From positions 10,788,001 to 10,852,000 of the forward strand of contig NC_042998.1 in assembly GCF_006345805.1 (NCBI RefSeq): a stretch of 64,000 nucleotides of DNA. The letters are read 5' to 3'. Made by a program: the position numbers and the translations under genes. The stretch is from Octopus sinensis. Its lineage: Eukaryota. Position 1 is the first letter of the stretch; each line of letters opens with the position of its first letter. Shown here one piece after another: positions 49,161-62,369 of this stretch. Under the pieces are notes generated by a model. That model had not been told where the DNA came from, did no database searches, and saw only the letters and a program-made list of their open reading frames with translations.

Positions 49161-50030
49161 GACGGATGCACGAGCTCTTACCCAACTGTTCTTCTCCAAT
49201 CTGCAGGCGTAGGCTTAGAATAGGCCCATTCACTCTAACCATTTGTGTTAGACACCCACCTTTTACAAATTCACTGGGAGAGAGAGCAATTTCCATCTTC
49301 CCTTTCCACAGCTGATCAACATTGTCAGCAATACTCATTTCTTTACTACCCACAAGGGGCTAAACACAGAGAGGATAAACAAGGACATACAAACGGATTA
49401 AGTCAATTATATCGACCCCAGTGTGTAACTGGTACTTAATTAATCGACCCCGAAAGTATGAAAGGCAAAGTCGACCTAGGCGGAATTTGAACTCAGAACG
49501 TAACGGCAGACGAAATACCACTAAGCATTTCGCCCGGCGTGCTAACGATTCTGCCAGCTCGCCGCCTTATCAGCAATACCCGATCATTGCACGAGTGCGT
49601 GCAGCACAGTTTAGTCTGTCTAGGTGCATCTTGAGTAGTCTCATCTGACTACAATTCCATGCTTATAGAATTTATCTCGATCGGCAATGTTCCTCTGTAA
49701 CACTTCTAGATCAGATAATTGATGAAGTTATCCATGTAGTCTCCGGCCCGAAAGTCCTCCGAAACAGACCAGCTAGTTCGTTCTTATCGACGTCTAGTTT
49801 CCCCGAGAACGTCGTCATGCTTACGTACCACTTGATCTCTATATGTTGCTAACGAAGAAATTTCACCGACTGCATTGCGCTCAATAGAGAGTGACGAGAG
49901 CCCGACGAGATTCAAGTAAACCTCGAGGTTACGGAAAGCCTAATGCTTAAAATACAAGGTTGGTGTCTGGGATAACCTGCTTAGACGAGGGTGGGGAAAC
50001 CCTTGTGAGACTTTTCAGCTAAATTTGACA
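49160..50030 (-). mobile_element. Decayed Tx1 ORF2 C-terminal fragment interrupted by a SINE B
   Basis: Reverse complement aligns by eye with 14730-15330 (GACTTTCGGGCC, ATGGA(T/C)AACTTC, CTGCACGCACTCGT). Confidence 0.7.
49337..49566 (-). mobile_element. SINE family B, long-tail form, 15-bp imperfect TSD
   Basis: TSD on the minus strand: GGGTATTGCTGATAA versus GAGTATTGCTGACAA. Confidence 0.9.
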
Positions 50031-50349
50031 ATGAAATTAATAAGGTTACCGATATTTGACCGTTTTTCTTCTTTTTCCGCTCCTAGTTACGTGGTATAAA
50101 ATACTAGTGTGGGACCCAGTGCAAGATAACTTTCCTAAATGAGGGAACACCGGTCCTTTTGAGTTTTCTTAAGAAAACCTATCTTCTGTGGCGGCTTAAA
50201 TATATATGATGTAACTACATATGTACTGAGGGCTTTAGACGGAAGAGAAATGTAACAGGGATTCGATGCTAGTGATTGAAGTTGACAGTTCACAAATGTT
50301 CTCACTATAAAGTGATCATTCGGACAAGTAAAGTTCTGAGTCGAATGAA

Positions 50350-50760
50350 TCATAAAATCAGAACGAAAGATTTACTGGGATTCAATCTGAGACTTGATCA
50401 ACCCCGGCTGAATCAAATGGGGAAGAGGCTCTGCTGTTAAAATATTCGAAACCTTTTGAGACCGTAGGAAAAACACTGATGATCTATACTTGAGACCTTC
50501 AGATTTTCATTGAAGACAGAATGAAACAGTGGGAAATTCGGAATAAAAGACGCCATCATAATTACCAAGACTAAACCACATATTAACCACAGAACCACGT
50601 TACACACAGCTGATTAGCTACTATAGTAACGCTATCCTGCACATGCAAAGCAACCTTTCAAATACATACGCTACAGAACAAAGACGTCAGTTCACAACAC
50701 CAAGTCTCAGTAGAAGTTTTGAAGAAGGAGTCCTAACCCTGAAATAATGAAATACAAGTT
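50350..50760 (+). mobile_element. Probable PLE 3' fragment (GIY-YIG C-terminus plus hammerhead relic)
   Basis: IKDAIIITKTKPHINH resembles the GIY-YIG end motif EAI.I....P.LN. TTGAAGA-AGG..CCT-GAAA lies at 50719-50744. Confidence 0.45.
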
Positions 50761-51025
50761 AAAATACGAACAATCTACTTGCATTTTTTCTTACAAATAG
50801 TTACAAACTATACGCACGCGCACACACGCACACACACATATGTATGTATGTATATATATATATATATATGTATACTCACACACACGTACACACAAGTAGT
50901 TATACAAAGAAATGAAAATTGAATTAGCATTTGTAGAAGTTAAAACCATTAATTAATGGAATAATTCCCTCCCTTACTCCTCCTTCACACCTAACCCCCC
51001 TCTCTGTCTTACTCTCTGTACATGC

Positions 51026-51062
<37 letters not shown>

Positions 51063-51063
<1 letters not shown>

Positions 51064-51270
51064 GTCATGTTGATTCGCTAGCTTCTGCACGCATTTTTTT
51101 CTCTCGTTTCTTTCTGTGTTTCTTTTCTGTGTATCTTTCTGTTGAAGAGCGTAGGCTCGAAACGTAAAAGACCTGTTTTATTTATATTCCTGAGCGCCAT
51201 ACTAATACAATTGTTTGTTTATATTCCACCTGCATTCGTCTTTTGTTTATTTTCATAAAGCTTCCCGTTA
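51063..51270 (+). mobile_element. About 200-bp pLTR-like element between two (TA)n tracts, carrying a hammerhead-like motif
   Basis: Non-microsatellite island containing the motif at 51134-51171. Confidence 0.55.
51134..51171 (+). ncRNA. Hammerhead-like minimal motif (A6U variant)
   Basis: UCUUU / CUGUUGA / A / GAGC-GUAG-GCUC / GAA / ACGU / A / AAAGA. Confidence 0.5.
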
Positions 51271-51280
51271 TATATATATA

Positions 51281-51385
<105 letters not shown>

Positions 51386-51428
51386 CATATTATTAAATTG
51401 ATATACTAATGTATCAATATTTACATTT

Positions 51429-51754
51429 TGTATTTTCCTGGCTGCAGTGGCTTAGCAAAGTATATAACTCTCATGTCGCCGGTGTTAAACGCACCTTAGA
51501 GTCATAGACAGGTGTAATAATTCATCCTCAATCCCATTTGGGAGTGATGTACATAGATGCTTCGCCATTTTCGTGGCTTGTCACCAGACGGGTGCATGAT
51601 GCTGACAAACCACATTTTGTGATGGCGAAATATCAATCTCCATCATGTGATTGAGGGTGAGTTATCTCACGTGTCCATGACTCTAAGGTGGTTGAACACC
51701 GGCGATATGAGAGTTATATACTCCACTACACCATTGTAGCCTCCGGAAAATACA
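51429..51754. repeat. About 325-bp foldback element (about 155-bp arms, 19-nt loop)
   Basis: TATAACTCTCATGTCGCCGGTGTTAAACGCACCTTAGAGTCATAGACA versus its near-perfect inverse ending at 51718; symmetry continues inward to a loop at 51584-51602. Confidence 0.9.
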
Positions 51755-51804
51755 CAAAGCACATATATTAGTGTATATAGTCAATATTTATTAGACTACA
51801 AGAC

Positions 51805-52197
51805 GGCGAGCTGGCAGAAACGTTAGCACGCCAGGCGAAATGCTAAGCAGTATTTCGTCTGCGAACATTCTGAGTTCAAATTCCGCCGAGGTCGACTTTG
51901 CTTTTCATCCTTTCGGGGTCGATTAAATAAGTACCAGTTACGCACTGGGGTCGATATAATCGACTTAATCCGTTTGTCTGTCTTTGTTTGCTCCCTCTAT
52001 GTTTAGCCCCTTGTGGGTAGTAAAGAAATAGGTATTTCGTCTGTCTTTACGCTCTGAGTTCAAATTCCGCTGAGGTCGACTTTGCCTTTCATTCTTTCAG
52101 AGTCGAAAACTTAAGTACCAATTTGGTACTAGAGTCGATCTAATCGACAGCCCCCACCCCCACAAATTTCGGTCCCCTTGTGCCTAGAGTAGAAAAA
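51805..52197 (+). mobile_element. SINE B dimer (long unit plus headless short unit)
   Basis: Junction AATAAAGAAATA|GGTATTTCGTCTG at 52031; imperfect TSD AATATTTATTAGACTACAA versus AATATCTATTATACTAGAA. Confidence 0.9.
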
Positions 52198-52214
52198 ATA
52201 TCTATTATACTAGA

Positions 52215-52715
52215 ACTGCTTCTCGGAGAAAATTCAGTTCTTTATGCAACACTATACGTATTGTGTGTCTTGTTAGTCCACTTTCACGAGCTGCTTGGCG
52301 TGTTGATTTTTGCGGACCGCGATTAAACATTTCCCGTACTGTTGCCACGTTCTTTGCTGATCGGGATGTGGTTGGACGGCCACTTCTTTCATCTTTCACT
52401 GAGCCCGTGGTTATCAGCTTTGCATGACGACTTTTTTATTGTCACCGGAGGTAGTGTTGCATGCTTACTTTTCCATGCACACCACGATCTCTGATTCAAA
52501 ACAATAGTATTCCACACTTCTTAGCGTGCTACGATCTCAGCTCGTTCCGGAATGGTCAAGCGACCGGCCATCTGCAAATAAGAAATGAAGAATAATACAA
52601 TAAGAAAATAAGAAATTTCTATTAGTATTGTCTGTTTAAAAAATGTCTTCGTCACGACTTCAGTGATACTCGAAGTTCTAGCAATTTTTAATACCTAGTC
52701 ACTCTCCACCCACCC

Positions 52716-52717
<2 letters not shown>
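52215..52717 (-). mobile_element. 5' half of an IS630-Tc1-mariner transposon (CAGGGTG TIR)
   Basis: TIR ends at 52717 and ATG is at 52571. MAGRLTIPERAEIVAR and ERSGRPTTSRS..RGPQKSTRQAARESG (HTH region). Confidence 0.8.
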
Positions 52718-52750
<33 letters not shown>

Positions 52751-52757
52751 ATATATA

Positions 52758-52801
<44 letters not shown>

Positions 52802-53001
52802 TCAAAATAAGGGTGAAAAAATTGGATATTAATTTAATAACATCAATTTAACACCAAATGGTTTAGCGCATAAAAAACTGAGATTCGGTAAATATTAATA
52901 CACAAATATGAGAGAGAATCCACTATGTGGACGCTCTTACGCTAAAAATAGATCCGCAATGGTCTAAACCATATATATATATTCGATTTGACTTTACAAA
53001 T

Positions 53002-53146
53002 ACCGCCTTTAATCGAGCAAATCGATCCCAGGACTTATTCTTTGTAAGCCTAGTATTCATTCTGTCGGCTCTTTTGCCGAACCGCTAAGTTACGGGGACG
53101 TAAACACATCAGCATCGGTTGGGGGCAGGGGACAAACACAGACACC

Positions 53147-53200
<54 letters not shown>

Positions 53201-53371
53201 GATATATACGACGGGCTTCTTTCAGTTTCCGTCTACCAAATCCAATCACAAGGCTTTGGTCGGCTCGAGGCTATAGCAGAAGACACTTGGCCAAGGTGCC
53301 ATGCAGTGGGACTCAACCCGGAACCATGTGGTTGGTAAGCAAGCTACTCACCACACAACCACTCCTGCGCC
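53002..53371 (-). mobile_element. SINE family A, tail missing
   Basis: Reverse complement of family A. Confidence 0.9.
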
Positions 53372-54042
53372 TATATGTACAAGTTCTACTAAAACCAAAT
53401 GATAAATATCCCTTATCTATTATACCAATTATCAAAAATAGCTTTTGTAGTAATTTGGTCAGAAAAAAAGATAAGAACACTACACACAGCTGTAGGAAAA
53501 AGCATTTTTATACAGGCAACCTTCAAAATTTTCTATCCAAAGGTCTTTTTTAACCCAGAATTTACATTTTTAGCTTTGTGCAATGTGAGTCGAGAGCCAA
53601 TAATTCATTAATTTCTCTGGAAAGTTAATGAAATCTTAAATCGTTTGAAAGAACCCAATTTATAAAGAATTCTATAAAAATTTATGCTGTTTAAAAATAT
53701 CTCTTATTTTATTTTATTGCATTTTTCTGTTGATGATGATAAGAGTTATTGGAAAGAAGGATACATTTGGCTGCAGCGATACAGATTTTATTGGAGTTTA
53801 GCCAAAGAAAACAAAAAACAAAAAAAACTAAACCCACGCATCAGTGTAAACATGCATAGAAATATTTTAATGCGAAAATTATTTAAGGCTTATTTCCCTA
53901 AGCATATAACTGCGAAACCTTTATGTAGTTTGCTTACCATCTTCGAAATGGTTCATTTGGGCAATCATTAGAAAACGATTAGTTTTATTGATGATGTAAA
54001 AGACACGAGACAAATTCGCAAGCAAATACACCCACACACACC

Positions 54043-54113
<71 letters not shown>

Positions 54114-54162
54114 AAAATATATAGACATGCACACATATCTATGTATATAAATATAAATATGA

Positions 54163-54195
<33 letters not shown>

Positions 54196-54248
54196 AAGAG
54201 ATGGATAGATAGACAGAGAGAGAGAGATGGCTAGATAGACAGATAGAC

Positions 54249-54279
<31 letters not shown>

Positions 54280-54586
54280 TGGATAGATAGACAGACAGAC
54301 AGTCAGATAGATAAATAGATCTGGAGACGTCAAATATGGATTTAGGAACTTTATTGTTCCAATGTGATTGTAAAGAAATATCAAGAAAATACATTATTCA
54401 TGCATGAGTGACTGTTACACAGACACATAAACACATACATACACACAGACACACATAGCGCGCGCACGTGCGCACACACAAACGTTCACAGGTGTATATG
54501 CGTTTTGTTCTTTCATTCCGATTTCCTTTCTAATTTTCTATGCTTGCGTAACTCAGGTACAATATGAGGCTTTGGTATTTTACAGC

Positions 54587-54998
54587 GGCGTGCTGGCAGA
54601 AACGTTAGCACGCCGAGTGAAATGCTTAGCGGTATTTTGTCTGTCGTTACGTTGTGAGTTCAAATTCCGCCGAGGTCGACTTTGCCTTTCATCCTTTCGG
54701 GGTCGATAAATTAAGTACCAGTTACGCACTGGGGTCGATGTAATCAACTTAATACCTATGTCTGTCCTTGTTTGTCCCCTCTATGTTTAGCCCCTTGTGG
54801 GTAATAAAGAAATAGGTATTTTGTCTGTCGTTACGTTCTGAGTTCAAATTCCACCGAGGTCGACTTTGCCTTTCATCCTTTCGGGGTCGATAAATTAAGT
54901 ACCAGTTCCGCACTGGGGTCGATGTAATCGACTTAATACCTATGTCTGTCCTTGTTTGTTCCCTCTATGTTTAGCCCCTTGTGGGTAATAAAGAAATA
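54587..54998 (+). mobile_element. SINE B long-tail tandem (228-bp unit plus 184-bp headless copy), 13-bp TSD
   Basis: GGTATTTTACAGC at 54574-54586 and 54999-55011; 54815-54998 repeats 54631-54814. Confidence 0.92.
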
Positions 54999-55311
54999 GG
55001 TATTTTACAGCAGGACGCTCTTCCTATCCCCAACGTTCACCTACTTCCTAGTAAGGCCTTACTGCTTTTAAAAACACAAACTATATCAGTTGCAGACAAA
55101 CATTGTCCTGTAGAGGCGGTGAGAATGCTATATAGAGATATCTCTCTTCTGAGCTTTGTCAGTAATCACGGGTATATAAATGATATTTTCTCTTGAGGAG
55201 AGTTGAATCGTAACGTGTGACTCCATTATTAGATGATAATAATAACTACCACACTGTCAAACACATACATGCTACCTATGAACCTAAAAACATTAGAACT
55301 TAAAACTGTTT

Positions 55312-55382
<71 letters not shown>

Positions 55383-56203
55383 GTCCATCTATCTCGCTCT
55401 GTTCTTTTGTCTGTGTCTCTCCTGCCTGCTCTCTATCTCTCTGCCTCTCTACATGCGTACACACGCAAACATATCACATGCACATTATATAAACTGTAGA
55501 TGACATAGGATGAAAGCAGTACATTTTTTGTGTCCGTGAATGATATAACAAGTTGCAGGATTTGACCAGAATATTTATGTAATATCCTTAGTAGTATCAA
55601 TCACTAAAACGAATCGTGATGTTCAACATTTATTTTGATGAAATCCAGTCAGAAATGTTAAACTATCTATACAAACATATATATTCCCACCAACCAACTG
55701 CTCGCTAATATTCTGTGAAACAGTACACGCTTAGGAAACTTACGATCATCTCCTTTGGCAATCAACAGTACATAATTTGTTGAACCTAACAAATTTATTC
55801 GGTGTTAGATGAAGAAGTACAGCAGTTACCCAACAGACACATTAATTTTGAAAAGCTTTCAGAATGCTTTTACCTGTTGTAACAAACAAACTTTCAAGTA
55901 GTAATACACTGAAAAAGTAATTAAACAAGATGTATAGCCTGCTATAGAAATAGGTATTATATATGGTGAGTAGCTTCATGGAGGAGATTGTTAGGTAAAT
56001 AAAAATTCAACAATATAAAGTAAATGGCAGATTTATTCTTTAATGTATTTTCTGTTTGAAGTACAAATCTGGCGGGTGCATCCAGAGACAAGAGCAGTCG
56101 TAGCGAAGACAAATATGCCCTACTTGTCTGGATAATCAAAACAGCAGGAAAATTATTTATGCTGTGTAACATACATACATACATACATACATACATACAT
56201 ACA

Positions 56204-56239
<36 letters not shown>

Positions 56240-56615
56240 CTAGCAGTATCGCCCGGCATTGCTCGGGTTTGTTTCGACCCTTTAGAATTGGAATTTTTGA
56301 AAAGTAAAAAATTTGCATTATGTAGTTTGTTATTCTCTTTAAGTGAACCTTTTTGTGGTTGAAATACAACGAAAAATGGCGATACAGCAGTTAAAAAAAT
56401 TGTAAAAAATAGGAGTTTTCATTGGAAAAAATGTACCCTTTTGATATAAATAATTTTTGGTGTTAACATGGTTCGATTTGAATTTTTTCTTTTACAGAAG
56501 AAAGAGCAACCTTCTTCTATCATACTCTCAATTTTGGTCAACTTGCGCCGCAGGGTCTCGGAGGAGATAGTGTTAGTTGTAGGCAACCAAACCTGCTACA
56601 CACAGACAACTTCAG

Positions 56616-56625
<10 letters not shown>
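56240..56625 (-). mobile_element. Non-autonomous Helitron, related subfamily with a different interior
   Basis: Same 3' end (CCCGAGCAATGCCGGGCGATACTGCTAG|T); the 5' end merges into (TA)n. Confidence 0.8.
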
Positions 56626-56705
<80 letters not shown>

Positions 56706-56837
56706 TTGGAACTCCCAAAGAATTTTAATGATATATAAAGTTTTAATTCTGTTACTGAAAATCAAAGAATATTCTTGGTTAAAAATCGGCACGATATAAC
56801 GTAATTTTATTCAGTTTAATGACCTAGGATAGTCAGC

Positions 56838-57226
56838 ACTGGGAAGCACTCCGTCGGTTACGACGACGAGGGTTCCGGTTGATCCGAATCAACGGAACAG
56901 CCTGCTCGTGAAATTAACGTGTAAGTGGCTGAGCACTCCACAGACACGTGCACCCTTAACGTAGTTCTCGGGGATATTCAGCGTGACACAGAGAGTGACA
57001 AGGCCGGTCCCTTGAAATACAGATACACCAGAAACAGGAAGTAAGAGTGAGAGAAAGTTGTGGTGAAAGAGTACAGCAGGGATCACCACCATCCCCTGTC
57101 GGAGCCTCGTGGAGCTTTTTAGGTGTTTTCGCTCAATAAACACTCACAACGCCCGGTCTGGGAATCGAAACCGCGATCCTATGACCGCGAGTCCGCTGCT
57201 CTAACCACTGGGCCATTGCGCCTCCA
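56838..57226 (-). mobile_element. SINE family C, tail type 2
   Basis: Same head and body as 19823 and 28004 up to CTTTCTCTCACTCTT, then an unrelated tail of about 210 nt ending ACCGACGGAGTGCTTCCC. Confidence 0.9.
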
Positions 57227-59329
57227 CAGTCAGAACTACCTAGAGTATGAACGGTAGGGTAGTGGACAAATCTCTTGGAATCTGAGCCGGGTCAGTAAAC
57301 AGGGTTTGTTGGGTATGAGGGGCTTAATAAATACTGTGGTGAGGTGAATGAATACCGTATTGAAGTGATGAGAGATGTGAGAGAAAGGGAGAGACAAGAA
57401 GCTCAGTTACGGTTCTGAGCCGGTTTATATTGATGTCATAGGCCCTATATATTGTTATATCCATAATATTCAATAGTTTTCATTGCATGCCATTAGAAAA
57501 TAAATGTTCAAATGTTTACTATCAAAAGGTCAAAGTTTGTTGTTTTATAAACATTTTGGTTGTATTCTTTGTATTCTATATCAAAATATAGGCTTTCTAC
57601 TTATGAAAGATCAAATAAATAAAGAATAAAATATAACACATTTTCTAAAATACAGTAGTCATAATAATTAACGGTTTACTACTACTGAGCCATTGTCTTA
57701 CGATAGATAAGAAATTATAGTTTGACTAGAAATAATCGACGAAATAAAAATTAGTATTTATGTAAGCCTAATAGTAATTCAAAGAATGGAAACCGTTGAT
57801 TAAATTTACCTAAATCTCTAGTAGGTTTTATCAAAAGCAAAATCTGGTGATCATACACCAAGAAACATTAGTAAATTAAAAGAAGCGAAAGGGTTACAAC
57901 TGATAATCGAATCCGCCAATGTTGGTTGGTTGTGAAAGTTTTTGATGTATAGATTTATTGCATCAGTGTATCAATGATCGATATTAGCTGCTTGGCTTTG
58001 GAGGCAATGATGCCAACGAAGCTGCTAATTATATGAGTCTTGTGTAAATAGTGAGCGGTGCTATAAATTTAAATGTTATTTTGACAGTAAAGGCCAAACA
58101 TAATTTTTTAATATTTAAGGAAACTAATTTATATTTTCTAACAAAAGTAGTTTAATATTTAATCCAACAATTAGCAATTAAGAGCAAAATTTACTATGCA
58201 TTTTAACGATTAACTGTTATGGCTCTCATTTTATTTAATAGGCATTCCACATATTAAATAAAGAGTGATGTTAAATAGTGCTATACAGAGATTTCTGGTT
58301 GGATTTGATTAAATTGAGTTAGACTATTATCTATAATATGCAGCTGCCCAAAAGGATTGGTTCATCATCTCAATGTTTAATTGCAATATTGTTTAATTTT
58401 ACGCTATATATATATATATATATACATATTTTAAAACTTATTTTTGTTCTGTTAATAGCACTGCGTTGGCGAGAGTTCATCCATTCAACTGAATCGTATA
58501 ATCAAAGATAACGCTACTGAAGGGCAAGCAGGTTAGCCAATGAAACTGTAATAACTATAATTTCACATAATTCTTTTTTCTTTCTCTTCTTCCTTTCGTT
58601 TCCCCCTACTTATTTAGTATTTCCTTCTTCTATTTTCTTATCTCTTTTCCTCTTTTTCCAAAAAGTAGATTAGTTCTAAAATTTAAAATATTAGTATAAG
58701 TGTTGAAACACAAAAATAAAATTTTAATGTTTAATATGCCTTTTTTTTTTATTACAGTTGAATTTTCATTTTCTACTTTAATTTTCTTTTTAGTATAACT
58801 ACGCCCACAATACTAGCATCATGATCATTATACTATTGTAAATCTCCTGTATGTAAGCGATCACTTGATTTATCAATGTTTCAATATGTTTATATTTCAG
58901 TTCAAGATTTCTTTTAGTTTTCAGAAAGTTAGAATGTTTTGCTCTCGCTGAATAAGGAAGATTGTAACAGTTCAGATCAATCAGAGGTAGTCAACGGAAT
59001 GATTTTGCGCAGAGATCGAAGGTAAATATATTAGACAATATTTTGTTCAGTTCCAAAGTCAGAATTATTCCTTTTCTCATTTAAAAATACAAAAGATTAA
59101 AAGCTTAAAGGAAATATAATACGGTTTGTTCTATAAAAAAATACTGAAATAATATACAATATACACATATATACATATAATGCATATATACACATTTGCC
59201 TAACCACCTACCCCCACCCCACTATATACATAAATGCATTCATACACACACTAATTTGGCTCAGTTCCATTTTACTTTAGTTTTGTGAGTGTAGATAAAT
59301 CCAACTCACGAGATGTTCAGATTCAGAGT

Positions 59330-61050
59330 GAAAAGAATTTAAAATAAATTAAAATCGATTCTAAATGATCATTTGGCAGATCATCAGATCATTTCTCGTA
59401 GTTGCATTTAACTATCCTAGCGACAACAGTTCTTTCATTCGAAGTCTCATGTTGACGCTATTTAGTTGACATTTTCTATGGTGTGGAATTTCAGTTACCA
59501 TAGTTACCGCGTGAGGTTAACAGATTTCCTGTTATAATTGACGTGGCCAACATGTGTTATGGTAGGCAGTGTATCTATCACAGGTCATATATGCTGGCAG
59601 TATGCATGGGGGAGCAATGCCTAGAGTGGTAGAATCGAGATATCAGCGGCCATTGGCTCGATGTTCGTTAACAGAACTTACCTTTGGTGGCAACAGTAAG
59701 ACAGATTAGTTCTACTGCTGGAAACTGCAAGCTGGTAACTATGTGCAGTTTCTCCCGAAGGCAGTGTGGTAATTAAGAACTCCAGAGAATAATAAGATGC
59801 CTCCTCAAGGATACCCTATGTGATGCTGGAGGAGTTGTCTTAATGCATGTAGAGTCCCCGGAAGTGAGAAAGCGTGGTGGAGTTTTCTCTGACCCTACGC
59901 CTAAAGGAGTGTATGTGTTGTGTATATCTTCCCTTAAAATCACTGGCTGTCGTGCCTGTACAGTATCCTGTCATTACATTGGATTGTTAGAGAGCAGCTC
60001 TACATATCCCAATCTTTGAGATACAGAATTCTTTTCAATGATAGTTGATAGTATTTAGGCTGTTATACGCTGAAATATGGTTTGGAGATTATGTGAGTCT
60101 GTACCTGTTATAATTGTAGCGTGAAACGTAGGAAATAATATGGTCCAAGCATGAGTAGCTAACCAACACGTTATGGGGATAACAGAGTTATCTTGATTAT
60201 TGGGAAATGTTTCCATAGTTTGTGCCAGAAAACTCCTCATCTAATTACATTAGCAGGGACACCTAGATTGTAAGGAAAATTAAACCAGATTGCCTTTTCC
60301 TTTCTAACTTGCTTCCGGTTTGATATTGGAGCGTGGTATCTTCCATATACAATAACTTACCTGTAAAGTCACGTCTATACCTCGTTATAGTGGACTGCGG
60401 CCCCTTCTGAATATCATTCAGTTCTGCGATAGACTGGAAATTCTTATGTGAATACCAATGACTAAGTTTCTAATTACAGCTGAAGGTGGATGGTTGGAAT
60501 TTCCATGAATAAAAGCAGTTTTCTTGCCAGGCTATTTATATAGGAATAGTTCTGCTTGAATCGTGATGAGAACGATGTCCTGGATTCAAACTTTGTTAAA
60601 TTGATGGTAACAGCTATAGATAGGCTGATCGTTTGTACGGCTTAAGATTGCCGGCAATCATTTCTGAGCAGGGTCGAAATTTGGTGGGAAGTATACATTT
60701 TTAGGATGTCCAGGATAAATAACCTGACACGTTCAGCGACCTCACCCACGTCATCACTCCACATGAACACATCGAAAAGTAAGCCACATTCTTTTTCTAT
60801 CCAGTGAGAACCTTTGTGAAACAAGAGTGATAGCTTATTGTTTATAATGACGCTGATGTGGTGGTCGCTTATTTTAGGGAATTGTCTATCTCTTCAGAAA
60901 TGGGGAGAAATTTGATAATGAAGGGTGGAAATCCAAGATACCAAACTAAGCAATATCGAACCCCAGCTGCTACAGCCCTCGCTTCAGAACAATAACTGAG
61001 AAATCTACATGGAGAGTAGTATTCAAATAACATTTGGATAACCTATCAAT
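59330..61050 (-). mobile_element. Decayed Penelope-like element (probably Neptune-type) RT plus GIY-YIG
   Basis: LFDVFMWSDDVGEVAERVRLFIL (FDVtMGS.DGAEv.ELVGL pattern), LLRND (YRDD-equivalent), TLVSYSCLD and TASDFKGRYTQHIHSF. Confidence 0.7.
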
Positions 61051-61490
61051 TGCGGTTCCCACGAAACAATGTGACTGTAAGAAGCGCAACCAACAGCAAA
61101 AACATTTGTTGATAAAGCAGCAATTGCACAGCCGGTGCTCCAGTACGGCCCCGAACATTTTGTATGGACCACAGATTGAAACTAATGAAAGAATATGTGT
61201 AATATGTGTAATTTATTCTAAACTAAGTCAAAACAGAAAAAGACAAAACTCGAAAATTAGTCTTCAACTTCAAATATATAATTCAGATGACTTACTTTTG
61301 GCTTTGAATGGAAATATGTAATATATAAGAAGTATTTACGCATATAGCTCTGTACTGCAATTTCACGTAGAGGATCTACCTATGATTTCTCTATAAATTA
61401 AATTTGCTATGTCTCCTGTTCTACTTCATGTTAGTCTCGAGCGCATATAATCAAATGTACTTCGGACATTTCCAACCCGTTGACGACGAG

Positions 61491-61536
<46 letters not shown>

Positions 61537-61592
61537 GTAGAGAAAGTATAAGTAGATTCTCTACGTCAAATTGTTGTACAGAGCTATATATG

Positions 61593-62276
61593 TTAGTTAG
61601 TTAGTAAGTTAATTTTTTGGCTCAAAAAGCAAAAACAGCAAGGCCATGTAGGGGGACATGGAGTTATGTACAGGGTGGTGTTCATGTAAAGAGTTCAGGC
61701 CACTTGTGGTCAAGGCAGACTTTGAACCGAGCGGTCGTCAGCAACTTCACTATCACGTCCGGCAGCTTATTCCACGGATCCGCAACCCGGACGGAGAAAG
61801 CCCTTCTCCTTCGATTGAGATGAAATCGTCGCAGACAGAGCTTTTCGGAGTGACCCCGCAGCCGACGCTCTGGAGCAGGTGTGAAGAACACCTCTTTCGA
61901 GAAGTTACACTTTCCGCTTATGATTGTTGTGAGCAAGAATGAGATCACCACGGCTTCGTCGTTTTTCTAGAGAATAAAGGTCGAGCGTCTGCAGCCTTTC
62001 TTCATAAGACAAATGCCTGAGACCAAGAACCATGCGGGTAGCCAGCTTCTGGACTCTTTCGAGATGCTGTATGTCTTTGAGGAGATAAGGAGAAGAGGCT
62101 TGAATCCCGTACTCCAATATGGGTCTCACCAGCGTGACATATAGCGGTAGGAATATGGCTGCTGTGAGCATTCCGAATGACCGTCGAATCAAGAACAGAA
62201 CTCCGCGTGCTTTGTTGGCAGCTTGGACGCACTGGGCCGAAGGCGAAAAGGAAGAATCCACCAAGATACCCAGGTC

Positions 62277-62280
<4 letters not shown>
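61593..62280 (-). mobile_element. CR1-clade LINE 3' fragment
   Basis: KDLGILVDS, LYVTLVRPILEY, LERVQKLATR, SYEERLQ.LDLYSLEKRR.RGDLI, LRGH and FS.RV..WNKLP, then a (TAAC)-type tail. Confidence 0.95.

Positions 62281-62369
<89 letters not shown>

Noticed and set aside
56050-56170. Exon-like GC-richer island
   Set aside because: Acceptor-like sites occur on both strands, but there is no good donor and no recognisable peptide.
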